NCBI GenBank assembly: GCA_000146045.2
Contig: BK006948.2
Location: forward strand, 736,001 to 800,000
DNA length: 64,000 nucleotides
DNA from: TPA_inf: Saccharomyces
Taxonomy: Eukaryota
Direction of reading: 5' to 3'
Every line of letters begins with the position of its first letter. Positions within the stretch are counted from its first letter, which is position 1. Positions 44,107-54,210 of the stretch are shown in pieces. The position numbers and the translations under genes are program-made. The notes under the pieces are model-generated. The model was not told the DNA's origin. It did no database searches and saw only the letters and a program-made list of their open reading frames with translations.

Positions 44107-44596
44107 GTCGACGTACTTCAGTATGTAATATACCCCAAACATTTTACCCACAAAAAACCAGGATTTGAAAACTATAGCATCTAAAAGTCTTAGGTACTAG
44201 AGTTTTCATTTCGGAGCAGGCTTTTTGAAAAATTTAATTCAACCATTGCAGCAGCTTTTGACTAACACATTCTACAGTAGGATCATTTCTATAGGAATCG
44301 TCACTCTTTGACTCTTCAAAAGAGCCACTGAATCCAACTTGGTTGATGAGTCCCATAACCTTTGTACCCCAGAGTGAGAAACCGAAATTGAATCTAAATT
44401 AGCTTGGTCCGCAATCCTTAGCGGTTCGGCCATCTATAATTTTGAATAAAAATTTTGCTTTGCCGTTGCATTTGTAGTTTTTTCCTTTGGAAGTAATTAC
44501 AATATTTTATGGCGCGATGATCTTGACCCATCCTATGTACTTCTTTTTTGAAGGGATAGGGCTCTATGGGTGGGTACAAATGGCAGTCTGACAAGT
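44107..44596 (+). ncRNA. SNR17A: U3 small nucleolar RNA gene snR17A (C/D box, pre-rRNA processing). Exon 1 is 44107..44120, the intron 44121..44277 (157 nt), and exon 2 44278..44596. Mature RNA is 333 nt.
   Basis: Recognised as U3 (GUCGACGUACUUCA | intron | UAGGAUCAUUUCUAUAGGAAUCGUCACUCUUUGACUC...GGCAGUCUGACAAGU). The intron has GTATGT, the branch point (G)ACTAAC and CAG. The 157-nt intron length matches the A copy. Confidence 0.93.
44121..44277 (+). other. SNR17A: Spliceosomal intron within the U3 snoRNA gene.
   Basis: GTATGT immediately after nt 14 of U3. TGACTAACAC branch region at 44259-44268. 3' splice site TACAG|TAGG. Confidence 0.88.
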
Positions 44597-44905
44597 TAAC
44601 CACTTTTTTCCTTTTCTAAATTGTTTAAAACCAAAGGTTTGGTTTTCAGTTAAGAAATTGGATTAGTTGGTGTGTAAGTATAATTAAATGTAGTCTTGGT
44701 TAGCTTAATGTATAGGTTCTTGATAGTATGACTCCACCTAAAATTCGTCAAGAGCGACGGATGCGAAAACAAAAAAATCGCTTTGCATCCTTACGTGCGT
44801 GAGATGGCATCGCTGGCCAAAGGGAAACGTTTCATTATTTTCTGTAGTTAACATTATGCTTTGCATGATAATAAGAGAAATTGAAGAGCGCAACGAACTA
44901 CGAGC

Positions 44906-45541
44906 ATGGCTGGAGGAAAGATTCCTATTGTAGGAATTGTGGCATGTTTACAGCCGGAGATGGGGATAGGATTTCGTGGAGGTCTACCATGGAGGTTGCC
45001 CAGTGAAATGAAGTATTTCAGACAGGTCACTTCATTGACGAAAGATCCAAACAAAAAAAATGCTTTGATAATGGGAAGGAAGACATGGGAATCCATACCG
45101 CCCAAGTTTCGCCCACTGCCCAATAGAATGAATGTCATTATATCGAGAAGCTTCAAGGACGATTTTGTCCACGATAAAGAGAGATCAATAGTCCAAAGTA
45201 ATTCATTGGCAAACGCAATAATGAACCTAGAAAGCAATTTTAAGGAGCATCTGGAAAGAATCTACGTGATTGGGGGTGGCGAAGTTTATAGTCAAATCTT
45301 CTCCATTACAGATCATTGGCTCATCACGAAAATAAATCCATTAGATAAAAACGCAACTCCTGCAATGGACACTTTCCTTGATGCGAAGAAATTGGAAGAA
45401 GTATTTAGCGAGCAAGATCCGGCCCAGCTGAAAGAATTTCTTCCCCCTAAAGTAGAGTTGCCCGAAACAGACTGTGATCAACGCTACTCGCTGGAAGAAA
45501 AAGGTTATTGCTTCGAATTCACTCTATACAATCGTAAATGA
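44906..45541 (+). CDS. DFR1: Dihydrofolate reductase (211 aa).
   Basis: DHFR family motifs (IVAC..MGIG..GLPW, GRKTWESIP, VIGGGEVY). Length and position match YOR236W. Confidence 0.9.
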   Translation: MAGGKIPIVGIVACLQPEMGIGFRGGLPWRLPSEMKYFRQVTSLTKDPNKKNALIMGRKTWESIPPKFRPLPNRMNVIISRSFKDDFVHDKERSIVQSNSLANAIMNLESNFKEHLERIYVIGGGEVYSQIFSITDHWLITKINPLDKNATPAMDTFLDAKKLEEVFSEQDPAQLKEFLPPKVELPETDCDQRYSLEEKGYCFEFTLYNRK

Positions 45542-45993
45542 AACCTCTCCGCCCGTATATTTTTTTTAATATGTTAAATAGTGATAGAACTGATAAGCCT
45601 CATTTTCTTTTATTGGGCTCCAAGACGCGAACTGTTCGTAGGGTAACCGTTTGACACCTAAACGACCTTTCAGCCTCACCTGCAGTATTTCTTCAACAAC
45701 GCCTGTCGCTATGTTAAATAATAGCAATCGTTTGTGATCACCATTGTCGAATTTGACGCGCTTAAACAAAAACCATTGTTTTGGCCTCGTTCCCTGCATT
45801 CAACAAAAGAGCAAGGTATGCCGTCAAACAGTCGTTAAAAGAGAAGGTTTATAAACTATCTTGTTTTGTACTTTGCTGTCCCGGATCCAGTTGGGTCTTC
45901 TTTTCAACCTGTCTGAGTCCGATCTTTCTTTCCCTACTTGAAGCTCCATATATCTAAGTCATCTAAGTGTATCCTGCTAGATTACAAACGAAA

Positions 45994-47298
45994 ATGTCTC
46001 AACACGCAAGCTCATCTTCTTGGACTTCTTTTTTGAAATCGATAAGTTCGTTCAACGGAGATCTATCGTCTTTGTCTGCACCACCGTTTATTCTTTCTCC
46101 CACTTCCTTAACAGAGTTTTCTCAGTATTGGGCTGAACATCCAGCTTTATTTCTGGAGCCTTCGTTGATTGATGGTGAAAACTACAAAGATCACTGTCCC
46201 TTTGACCCAAATGTGGAATCAAAGGAAGTGGCGCAGATGTTGGCGGTTGTTAGGTGGTTTATTTCTACTTTGAGATCTCAATACTGCTCTAGAAGCGAAT
46301 CGATGGGTTCTGAAAAGAAGCCTTTGAACCCATTCTTGGGTGAGGTATTTGTTGGAAAGTGGAAAAATGATGAGCATCCAGAGTTTGGTGAAACGGTTCT
46401 TTTAAGTGAGCAAGTTTCACATCATCCACCTATGACAGCATTTTCGATTTTTAATGAAAAAAATGATGTTTCTGTTCAAGGATACAATCAAATTAAAACT
46501 GGTTTTACCAAAACATTGACGCTAACGGTCAAACCATACGGGCATGTCATTTTGAAGATTAAAGATGAGACCTACCTGATTACAACCCCGCCTTTGCATA
46601 TCGAAGGTATTTTAGTCGCTTCTCCATTTGTTGAATTAGGAGGCAGGTCATTCATACAGTCATCAAATGGTATGTTATGTGTTATAGAATTTTCAGGAAG
46701 GGGGTATTTCACAGGGAAGAAGAACTCCTTTAAGGCAAGAATTTACAGAAGCCCACAAGAGCATAGTCATAAAGAAAATGCGCTATACCTAATCTCTGGC
46801 CAATGGTCAGGTGTTTCAACAATTATAAAAAAAGACTCGCAAGTTTCACATCAGTTTTACGATTCATCGGAAACTCCTACTGAACATTTATTAGTTAAGC
46901 CAATCGAAGAACAACATCCTCTGGAAAGTAGGAGGGCATGGAAGGATGTGGCAGAAGCAATCAGACAAGGAAATATTAGTATGATAAAAAAGACTAAGGA
47001 AGAACTAGAAAATAAGCAAAGAGCCTTGAGAGAACAAGAACGCGTAAAAGGTGTGGAATGGCAAAGAAGATGGTTCAAACAAGTGGACTACATGAATGAA
47101 AATACATCAAATGATGTAGAGAAAGCAAGTGAAGATGATGCCTTTAGGAAATTGGCGTCCAAACTGCAGCTTTCTGTGAAAAATGTGCCAAGTGGGACAT
47201 TGATTGGCGGCAAAGATGATAAGAAAGATGTTTCAACCGCATTGCATTGGAGGTTTGATAAAAATTTGTGGATGAGGGAGAACGAAATTACTATATAA
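45994..47298 (+). CDS. HES1: Oxysterol-binding protein homolog (434 aa). Trimmed to the ATG giving [10 protein letters not shown].
   Basis: OSBP fingerprint EQVSHHPP. Length and position match YOR237W, the paralog of KES1. Confidence 0.85.
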   Translation: MSQHASSSSWTSFLKSISSFNGDLSSLSAPPFILSPTSLTEFSQYWAEHPALFLEPSLIDGENYKDHCPFDPNVESKEVAQMLAVVRWFISTLRSQYCSRSESMGSEKKPLNPFLGEVFVGKWKNDEHPEFGETVLLSEQVSHHPPMTAFSIFNEKNDVSVQGYNQIKTGFTKTLTLTVKPYGHVILKIKDETYLITTPPLHIEGILVASPFVELGGRSFIQSSNGMLCVIEFSGRGYFTGKKNSFKARIYRSPQEHSHKENALYLISGQWSGVSTIIKKDSQVSHQFYDSSETPTEHLLVKPIEEQHPLESRRAWKDVAEAIRQGNISMIKKTKEELENKQRALREQERVKGVEWQRRWFKQVDYMNENTSNDVEKASEDDAFRKLASKLQLSVKNVPSGTLIGGKDDKKDVSTALHWRFDKNLWMRENEITI

Positions 47299-47676
47299 TA
47301 TAAATGTTTTTAAAAGAATAAATATCAAAAATTAATACTAATTGATGTTTGCATTGCTTTTTTTAAGGGAAAATGCAAGCGTTTTTATTTTTAACTTTTG
47401 GTTTTGAAGCTCGTAATTCAACAAAAAAGAATTAAATAATCTTCAAGTCCGATAACAAGATGTAGAAAAAACATCCCAATGAAGTTACAAGTCAAACCAT
47501 TCACTGAGAATTTTTGTAACTCACCACCGATTTTTTGGATAAAATGTATTCCTGCAACTTTTTTTTTTGAAGAGATAAAAAGAATTGAATAGAATATGCA
47601 GTAAAAAAAGAATCTCGAAAAAAAAAGGACAAGAAATCTTAACTACCATCAAACAATTGAAAATTGAATGTACTCA

Positions 47677-48588
47677 ATGGACGAAAAAGTCGAACTTATT
47701 TTAGTGCCATGCCACTCAATATGGAAGTCCTCATCGCATCCTAGTGATAATTCAGTTAATTTGGGTCAATTACCTGAATACTGGCATTTAGCTCCGTTTC
47801 AGTATGAGGGTAATGATCATTTAGCATTCATCAAACATGGCCTAACTGCTATTAAACTACTCCTACAAAGATTCGACACCGCTACCGTTATCTTCAGTGG
47901 ATCCCAAACGAAAAAAGAGGCAGGCGCTATATCTGAGGCACAAAGCTACTATTTTTTATTTGAAAAGTTGATTAGATATGTGATGAGCAATGATAACATC
48001 GATGTTCCAAACTTTGATAACGAGCTGCGTCTTTTATTAAAAGAGGTCAAAAACTTGCTATCAAGTCAAAATGTAAATGTTGATGAATTGTTCTATGGTG
48101 GTTCAATCACTACTGAAGAGTTCTCGCTGGACTCATTTGATAATTTAATTTATTCTATATATAGATTTGAGGAAGTGAATAAAAAATTCCCACAGAAAAT
48201 AACTATAATAGGGTTTGCGTTTAAGATGCCAAGATTCATCAGCTGTCATGCCAAGGCCATTGATTACCCACAATCAAACATAACCTACATAGGAATTGAC
48301 CCTAAACCAGCAAACTACAACCAAACACAACTTTCAAAATACTATGATGATCTAGTACAAATGGAAGATAAAAATGCACTAAGCTTATTTTCTTCAGATT
48401 GGTACGCTACAAAGGATAGATTACTCACCAAGAAAAGATCTCGCAACCCATTTAACAGAACTGCACCGTACGCTCAGAATATTTTCTGCAAAGAAAACGG
48501 CAAGAGGATCGAGGGAATCGAGGATGACGAGGAATATTTTGAAACAAAAATTAAGTGTAAAATGCCATGGTCGTCGCCAAGACAATAA
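47677..48588 (+). CDS. Uncharacterised protein YOR238W (303 aa from MDEKVEL; the in-frame upstream ATG at 47668 gives 306 aa).
   Basis: Long ORF with yeast-like codon usage, at the expected position between HES1 and ABP140. No domain recognised by eye. Confidence 0.6.
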   Translation: MDEKVELILVPCHSIWKSSSHPSDNSVNLGQLPEYWHLAPFQYEGNDHLAFIKHGLTAIKLLLQRFDTATVIFSGSQTKKEAGAISEAQSYYFLFEKLIRYVMSNDNIDVPNFDNELRLLLKEVKNLLSSQNVNVDELFYGGSITTEEFSLDSFDNLIYSIYRFEEVNKKFPQKITIIGFAFKMPRFISCHAKAIDYPQSNITYIGIDPKPANYNQTQLSKYYDDLVQMEDKNALSLFSSDWYATKDRLLTKKRSRNPFNRTAPYAQNIFCKENGKRIEGIEDDEEYFETKIKCKMPWSSPRQ

Positions 48589-48856
48589 ACGTGTGGGAGT
48601 ATTGCAAAAACATAGTATATAAGCGTAAATCACTATATAAAGCCCAAAGAAGTTAGCACTAAAGCATCATTCATCGTTCAAAACTCCTCTCTCAAGTGAG
48701 AGAATTCGGCGCTGAAAAAAAGCTTTGTCAAAACCAAGAAAAAAACGTAGGATTGGACACGAGGTTCTTTTTTTAATGTAAACAAGAAGTGGCACTATAG
48801 CTGTGAAACTTCCAATACAATTGTATACCAAATAAGCTATTACAAATTGATTTAAA

Positions 48857-50744
48857 ATGGGTGTCGCAGATTTGATCAAGAAATTCGAAAGCATCTCAAA
48901 GGAAGAAGGCGATGCTACCGTTGATACAAACAGTTCATCAAAGCCTCTCAAATCAAACGATGAAACCAAAGAATTGCATCAACAAGAGTCTACTGCTGTT
49001 CCGCAAGAGGTTGACGTAAATGAAGAGTTTGAGAATGAACCAGAAACAATTAACAGTAGTAGAACTGCTGAGAAACCATTGGAAACAAACCTCCCAAAAC
49101 CTGAAACTAACGAAGAAGACGAAGAAGAGGGCTCCATGAGCGAGAATAAAATATATTCTAAAGGTGAAAATGCTGACATCAACGTTAATGATTTTCAAGA
49201 ATATAAAGAAATGGAAAATACTGGCGCTGAAGTTCTTGCAAGTAGTGTTGAAGAATCCGATGCTATTCAAGAAGGTGTGGCTGAGGAAACTGAAGGGATT
49301 GCTACTCCTAAACAAAAAGAAAACGAAAAAAATGATGAATCAGAAGAAGAATCTGCAAATAATGCATCTGAACCAGCCGAAGAATATTCTCAATCTGAAG
49401 AAGATGCTGACATCGAGCAATCTAATGGCAAAGAAACTGAAAATGCCGAAAACGCTTCTCAACAAGCTAATGATGGCTCTACAAGTACCACGACTTCTAA
49501 GAATAAGAAGAAAAAAAACAAAAAAAAAAACAAGAAGAAGAGAAATGGAAATGTTAACACCAACGCTAATGTCGACGACAGCACCAAAACCGGTGAAAAT
49601 GATGATACAACCGGCGACACCACGTCATCAACAACCTCCGCCATTCAAGAAGTGAATGATTTGGAAGTTGTTGATGACTCTTGTCTTAGGCATTGATCAA
49701 CAGCATAATAGGGAGCATTTGAAAGCGTTAACTCAGGACGTTAAAGAAGAGACGTTAGAGAATATTGCGCACGAGGGCAGAGGTGATAACACAGGCGATC
49801 AGAATGCAGTAGAAAAATCTGATTTCGAAAAATCAGATACAGAAGGTTCAAGAATAGGCCGCGACTTACCCTTTGAATTTGGAAAACGTAACTTGACCGA
49901 GGAATCTGACGTTTGGGATCATAACGCTTGGGATAATGTTGAGTGGGGTGAAGAACAAGTCCAGCAGGCGGAGGAAAAAATCAAAGAGCAGTTTAAGCAT
50001 CCTGTACCTGAGTTTGACAAAAAACTATACAATGAAAATCCGGCACGTTATTGGGACATTTTTTATAAAAACAACAAGGAAAACTTTTTCAAGGACAGAA
50101 AGTGGTTACAAATTGAATTTCCAATCTTATACGCATCTACCAGAAAAGACGCAGAACCCGTTACAATATTTGAAATTGGCTGTGGGGCAGGTAACACTTT
50201 TTTCCCGATCTTGAAAGATAATGAGAACGAAAACTTGAGGATAATAGCCGCAGATTTTGCTCCAAGAGCCGTCGAATTAGTTAAAAATTCTGAACAGTTC
50301 AACCCCAAGTACGGCCACGCAACAGTATGGGATTTGGCCAATCCTGACGGTAATTTACCTGATGGCGTCGAACCTCATTCTGTGGATATTGCAGTAATGA
50401 TCTTCGTTTTTAGTGCTTTAGCACCAAACCAATGGGATCAAGCCATGGATAACCTTCACAAAATTTTGAAACCAGGCGGTAAGATCATATTTCGTGATTA
50501 CGGTGCATATGATTTAACTCAAGTTAGATTCAAAAAGAACAGAATCCTAGAAGAGAACTTCTACGTTAGAGGTGATGGTACAAGAGTTTATTTTTTCTCT
50601 GAAGAAAAACTAAGAGAAATTTTCACGAAAAAGTACTTCTTGGAAAATAAAATTGGAACTGATAGAAGGTTGTTGGTTAACAGAAAAAGGCAACTAAAAA
50701 TGTACCGCTGCTGGGTACAAGCTGTGTTTGACGTTCCTCAATAG
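48857..50744 (+). CDS. ABP140: Actin-binding protein and tRNA(Thr/Ser) m3C32 methyltransferase ABP140/TRM140 (628 aa). It is made by a programmed +1 ribosomal frameshift joining ORF 48857..49687 (frame A, through CTT) to 49689..50744 (frame A+1).
   Basis: The N-terminus MGVADLIKKFESISKEE is the Lifeact peptide. The C-terminal ORF has a class I SAM-MTase fold (IFEIGCGAGNTFFPIL, ADFAPRAV). The heptamer CTTAGGC sits at the ORF junction, 3 codons before the frame-A stop. The combined length of 277+351=628 aa matches. Confidence 0.9.
49501..49550 (+). repeat. ABP140: A-rich coding tract (AAGAAGAAAAAAAACAAAAAAAAAAACAAGAAGAAG) encoding KNKKKKNKKKNKKKRN in the ABP140 N-terminal ORF. It includes an A10-11 homopolymer.
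   Basis: Seen directly, about 150 nt upstream of the +1 frameshift site. Confidence 0.9.
49685..49691 (+). other. ABP140: Programmed +1 ribosomal frameshift site CUU-AGG-C. Leu-tRNA in the P-site, rare AGG Arg codon in the A-site, slip to GGC.
   Basis: CTT AGG C is in frame with ORF 1, which stops at TGA 49694-49696. The +1 frame reads GGC ATT GAT CAA CAG = G I D Q Q, matching the second ORF (LGIDQQHNREHLK). This is the same heptamer as the Ty1 and EST3 +1 sites. Confidence 0.88.
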
Positions 50745-50994
50745 GAAGTTCTGAGACAAGTACCACCTCCTCTCTCATCATAAAACAAGTAAAAGTTTTC
50801 TCGTCGCGCATATTATTTTGGTGATTGATTGTTTTTTCCTCCGATATCATCACTTATTACCTGTAATTTTATCTTTTTCTACCCCATAGAATTCGTCTTA
50901 TAAGTCTATACCCTCAAAACTATCTATCATTTTAATATTATCTGTCGCTTTAATTGTCTTATTTCTGAAGCTCACTGAAGAACATTGCTTTATT

Positions 50995-52641
50995 ATGCAT
51001 AAAGGAAAAAAAAATTACCCTAATTTGATTACTTCGTTTCGGATGAATTTGAAAAAAATCATATTGAACCATGACCGATTTAGCCATCCAGAAAGATGGA
51101 AAACAAACGCACTCTTAAGGTTCACCTTCGTGTATATAAAATTTCTCTTCGACTTGATGATAATCAAAAATCCATTAAGGATGGTTGGAAAAACTTATCG
51201 AGACGCTGTTACTGCGCTAAACTCTTTGCAGTCCAATTATGCCAACATCATGGCTATCCGTCAAACTGGTGATCGTAAAAACACTATGACATTATTGGAA
51301 ATGCATGAATGGTCTCGAAGAATTGGTTACTCTGCATCGGATTTCAATAAATTAAATATTGTTCATATCACTGGAACAAAAGGTAAAGGTTCTACTGCCG
51401 CATTTACTTCATCAATTCTAGGACAATATAAAGAACAATTACCACGTATCGGGCTATATACGTCTCCACATCTTAAGTCAGTGAGAGAAAGAATAAGAAT
51501 AAATGGGGAGCCAATTTCTGAAGAAAAATTTGCGAAGTACTTCTTTGAGGTTTGGGACCGTCTAGATAGTACAACCTCTTCTTTGGATAAATTCCCGCAC
51601 ATGATCCCGGGAAGTAAGCCTGGCTATTTCAAGTTCCTCACATTGCTTTCATTTCACACTTTTATACAAGAGGACTGCAAAAGCTGTGTCTACGAAGTCG
51701 GCGTCGGAGGTGAATTGGATAGCACTAATATAATTGAAAAGCCAATTGTCTGCGGTGTTACACTATTAGGAATAGACCATACTTTCATGCTTGGTGATAC
51801 TATTGAAGAAATTGCTTGGAATAAGGGAGGAATTTTCAAATCTGGAGCACCAGCATTCACCGTTGAGAAACAACCTCCTCAGGGATTAACAATATTGAAA
51901 GAAAGAGCTGAGGAGCGCAAAACAACGCTAACAGAAGTACCCCCATTTAAACAGTTGGAAAATGTCAAGCTTGGAATTGCTGGCGAGTTTCAAAAAAGTA
52001 ACGCCTCCCTTGCCGTTATGCTGGCTTCTGAGATCTTGCATACGTCCAATATATTGGAGGAGAAGATCAAATGCAGTTCGAATGCATCGATTCCAGAAAA
52101 ATTCATAATCGGTCTACAAAATACTAAGTGGGAAGGCAGATGTCAAGTACTAGAAAAGGGAAAAAACGTTTGGTACATTGATGGTGCTCACACCAAAGAT
52201 AGTATGGTAGCTGCATCAACATGGTTCAGAGATATGGTTCGATTGTCGAAGAGAAAGAAGATCTTGCTCTTCAACCAACAAAGCAGAGATGCCAACGCTC
52301 TTGTGAATAACCTGTACTCATCTGTTTCGCCAGAAATAACGTTCGATGATGTGATATTTACTACTAATGTCACTTGGAAATCAGGCTCATACAGCGCTGA
52401 CCTCGTTTCCATGAACACTTCTCAAGAAGATGTAGAAAAATTGAAAGTCCAGGAGTCATTAGTCAAGAATTGGAACAAAATAGACGATAATCGTGCTAAA
52501 ACGCATGTAACGGCTAGTATAGAGGAAGCAAATGAATTGATTGAAACGCTATACGATGAACCTGCTGATATATTTGTAACTGGTTCATTACATCTTGTTG
52601 GCGGATTATTGGTCGTTTTTGATAGAATAGATGTAAAGTAA
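50995..52641 (+). CDS. MET7: Folylpolyglutamate synthetase (548 aa).
   Basis: FPGS/Mur ligase family with P-loop HITGTKGKGST. Length and position match YOR241W. Confidence 0.88.
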   Translation: MHKGKKNYPNLITSFRMNLKKIILNHDRFSHPERWKTNALLRFTFVYIKFLFDLMIIKNPLRMVGKTYRDAVTALNSLQSNYANIMAIRQTGDRKNTMTLLEMHEWSRRIGYSASDFNKLNIVHITGTKGKGSTAAFTSSILGQYKEQLPRIGLYTSPHLKSVRERIRINGEPISEEKFAKYFFEVWDRLDSTTSSLDKFPHMIPGSKPGYFKFLTLLSFHTFIQEDCKSCVYEVGVGGELDSTNIIEKPIVCGVTLLGIDHTFMLGDTIEEIAWNKGGIFKSGAPAFTVEKQPPQGLTILKERAEERKTTLTEVPPFKQLENVKLGIAGEFQKSNASLAVMLASEILHTSNILEEKIKCSSNASIPEKFIIGLQNTKWEGRCQVLEKGKNVWYIDGAHTKDSMVAASTWFRDMVRLSKRKKILLFNQQSRDANALVNNLYSSVSPEITFDDVIFTTNVTWKSGSYSADLVSMNTSQEDVEKLKVQESLVKNWNKIDDNRAKTHVTASIEEANELIETLYDEPADIFVTGSLHLVGGLLVVFDRIDVK

Positions 52642-52741
52642 TTTGAAAGTAACTTGCACTTTAAAAATCGTACATAATGGACTTCATTTGCATTTATTTA
52701 TTTGTTGAAGAGTAATTTAGTTATCAACTTAAAAATTCGTA

Positions 52742-53857
52742 CTACAAGTCAATGCAAGGCTGGTCTGTAATATCTTTCCCGTACCATATTGTCCATGTTT
52801 TAAAATATTTATTATATAGATATGAGCCCTTTTGTTCGTATTCTTCCATAGCTCTCATAGCACTGGAAATATCGTAAAAGAATATAGATACGCATAATTT
52901 TCTTGATACAATAGGCGTAATTTCTAGAACCTCTCCAAAATTCTGAAAATCTTTTTCTAATTCTTGAATATCAATGTTTTCTAAAGTTTGCCCTTTATTC
53001 AGATTTGATTTGTTAGGCATTGCTGTTGTCGAGCTTTTTTTCACTATCAAACATCTTGATATGAACTTTTCCTCTTCTATTATTCTGTTGACAGATTGCT
53101 CTTTCATTATGTTTTCATATGTGCTCTCGAGGAATATCCATTCTGGTTTTAATTGAACTCCATTAACTTTAAAAATATTTGTTTTTGCGTATCTCATAAA
53201 AGATTGAGCTCCCTCGTAATTTAAGAAGAAAAGATCAACTTTATGCAAAGAACGTTCCGGAGTATCGTACCTATAGACAATAATTCTTTCTAAGGAACCT
53301 CCGCGTACTTGAGACAATACACTAGAGATGCCTGTGCCGCGCGGTATATCGTTTAATGAAATTGATCTTGTTTTGAGAAGAGCGGGATTCTGAGAACCTG
53401 CCGTTTTCTCATCAACAACCTCTGATTCTTCTGAATATACTTTTCCCTTGAAAATTAAATCCTGATTAACGTATTCTCCATTCTCATAAAATTTGTTGAC
53501 GGCTGCTTCTGTTTGCTTATTACTGTCATCATCTATGGGAAAAAAACAACCCTGTGAATGGTGCTGCCTTTTCCAAAGCTGTTGATCGTTTTTATCTTCT
53601 TTTTTTAAACGTCTTTTGTTTACATTTGCCCCAACTGGTGTATATGAATCTGTACCACATGAACCTATCTCACGACCAAACAGATATGCTTTTGCAAATC
53701 GTCTAAAACCTATGAATTCGTTTCCATTCGAACTAGACGAGTCATTGAAAAATGAAAAAAAAGATGATCTTCTCGATCTCAAAGCTTTCTTCCTCAAACT
53801 TCCAGAGTCTTTATGCTTTTTATAAACTTCTGTGTTTGAATAATAGTTCTTGTACAT
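52742..53857 (-). CDS. SSP2: Sporulation-specific protein YOR242C (371 aa).
   Basis: Length and position match. RRM-like central region. Assigned mainly by synteny. Confidence 0.6.
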   Translation of the reverse strand: MYKNYYSNTEVYKKHKDSGSLRKKALRSRRSSFFSFFNDSSSSNGNEFIGFRRFAKAYLFGREIGSCGTDSYTPVGANVNKRRLKKEDKNDQQLWKRQHHSQGCFFPIDDDSNKQTEAAVNKFYENGEYVNQDLIFKGKVYSEESEVVDEKTAGSQNPALLKTRSISLNDIPRGTGISSVLSQVRGGSLERIIVYRYDTPERSLHKVDLFFLNYEGAQSFMRYAKTNIFKVNGVQLKPEWIFLESTYENIMKEQSVNRIIEEEKFISRCLIVKKSSTTAMPNKSNLNKGQTLENIDIQELEKDFQNFGEVLEITPIVSRKLCVSIFFYDISSAMRAMEEYEQKGSYLYNKYFKTWTIWYGKDITDQPCIDL

Positions 53858-54210
53858 TTGACCGGATTAAATGCTTCGTATTTTATTATTATTTTACCTT
53901 CGTTGGATTCCCGACTTCAATACGCGAGAATATATCTGTCTTTTTGTTTATAAAATATTGATAGCTACAGTATAATAATTTTCCTCTATTAGGTCCTTCT
54001 TGTTGAGAAACGTGGTTGTATCCTTTGATAAGATATATCTAGAAGGTGTTGTTTATATTTAAAAAGGCTTTATCTTTGTGTGCGATGCGCAGATACATAT
54101 TTACCGACGCCTGAAGTGACACGACACGGACACAACAATAGTGTATGAGGGAAAGAGCTTCCGACAAAAAAAGTAAACTAATATACATGAATATTGCACC
54201 TCGTATAACC

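Noticed and set aside
43870-44184. 104-aa plus-strand ORF (dubious YOR235W) and 61-aa minus-strand ORF 44418..44603
   Set aside because: Both lie on the U3 snoRNA gene (SNR17A) and its promoter and intron. The locus is explained by the ncRNA.
47299-47676. AT-rich HES1-YOR238W spacer scanned for an ARS consensus
   Set aside because: Only 9-10/11 matches to WTTTAYRTTTW were found (e.g. TTTTATTTTTA), with no perfect ACS. That is too weak to call.
49164-49655. 163-aa Lys-rich ORF in an alternative frame of the ABP140 N-terminal ORF
   Set aside because: It is an out-of-frame reading of the A-rich ABP140 sequence (AAG/AAA-rich in every frame). It is not the frame used by the +1 shift, which occurs at 49688.
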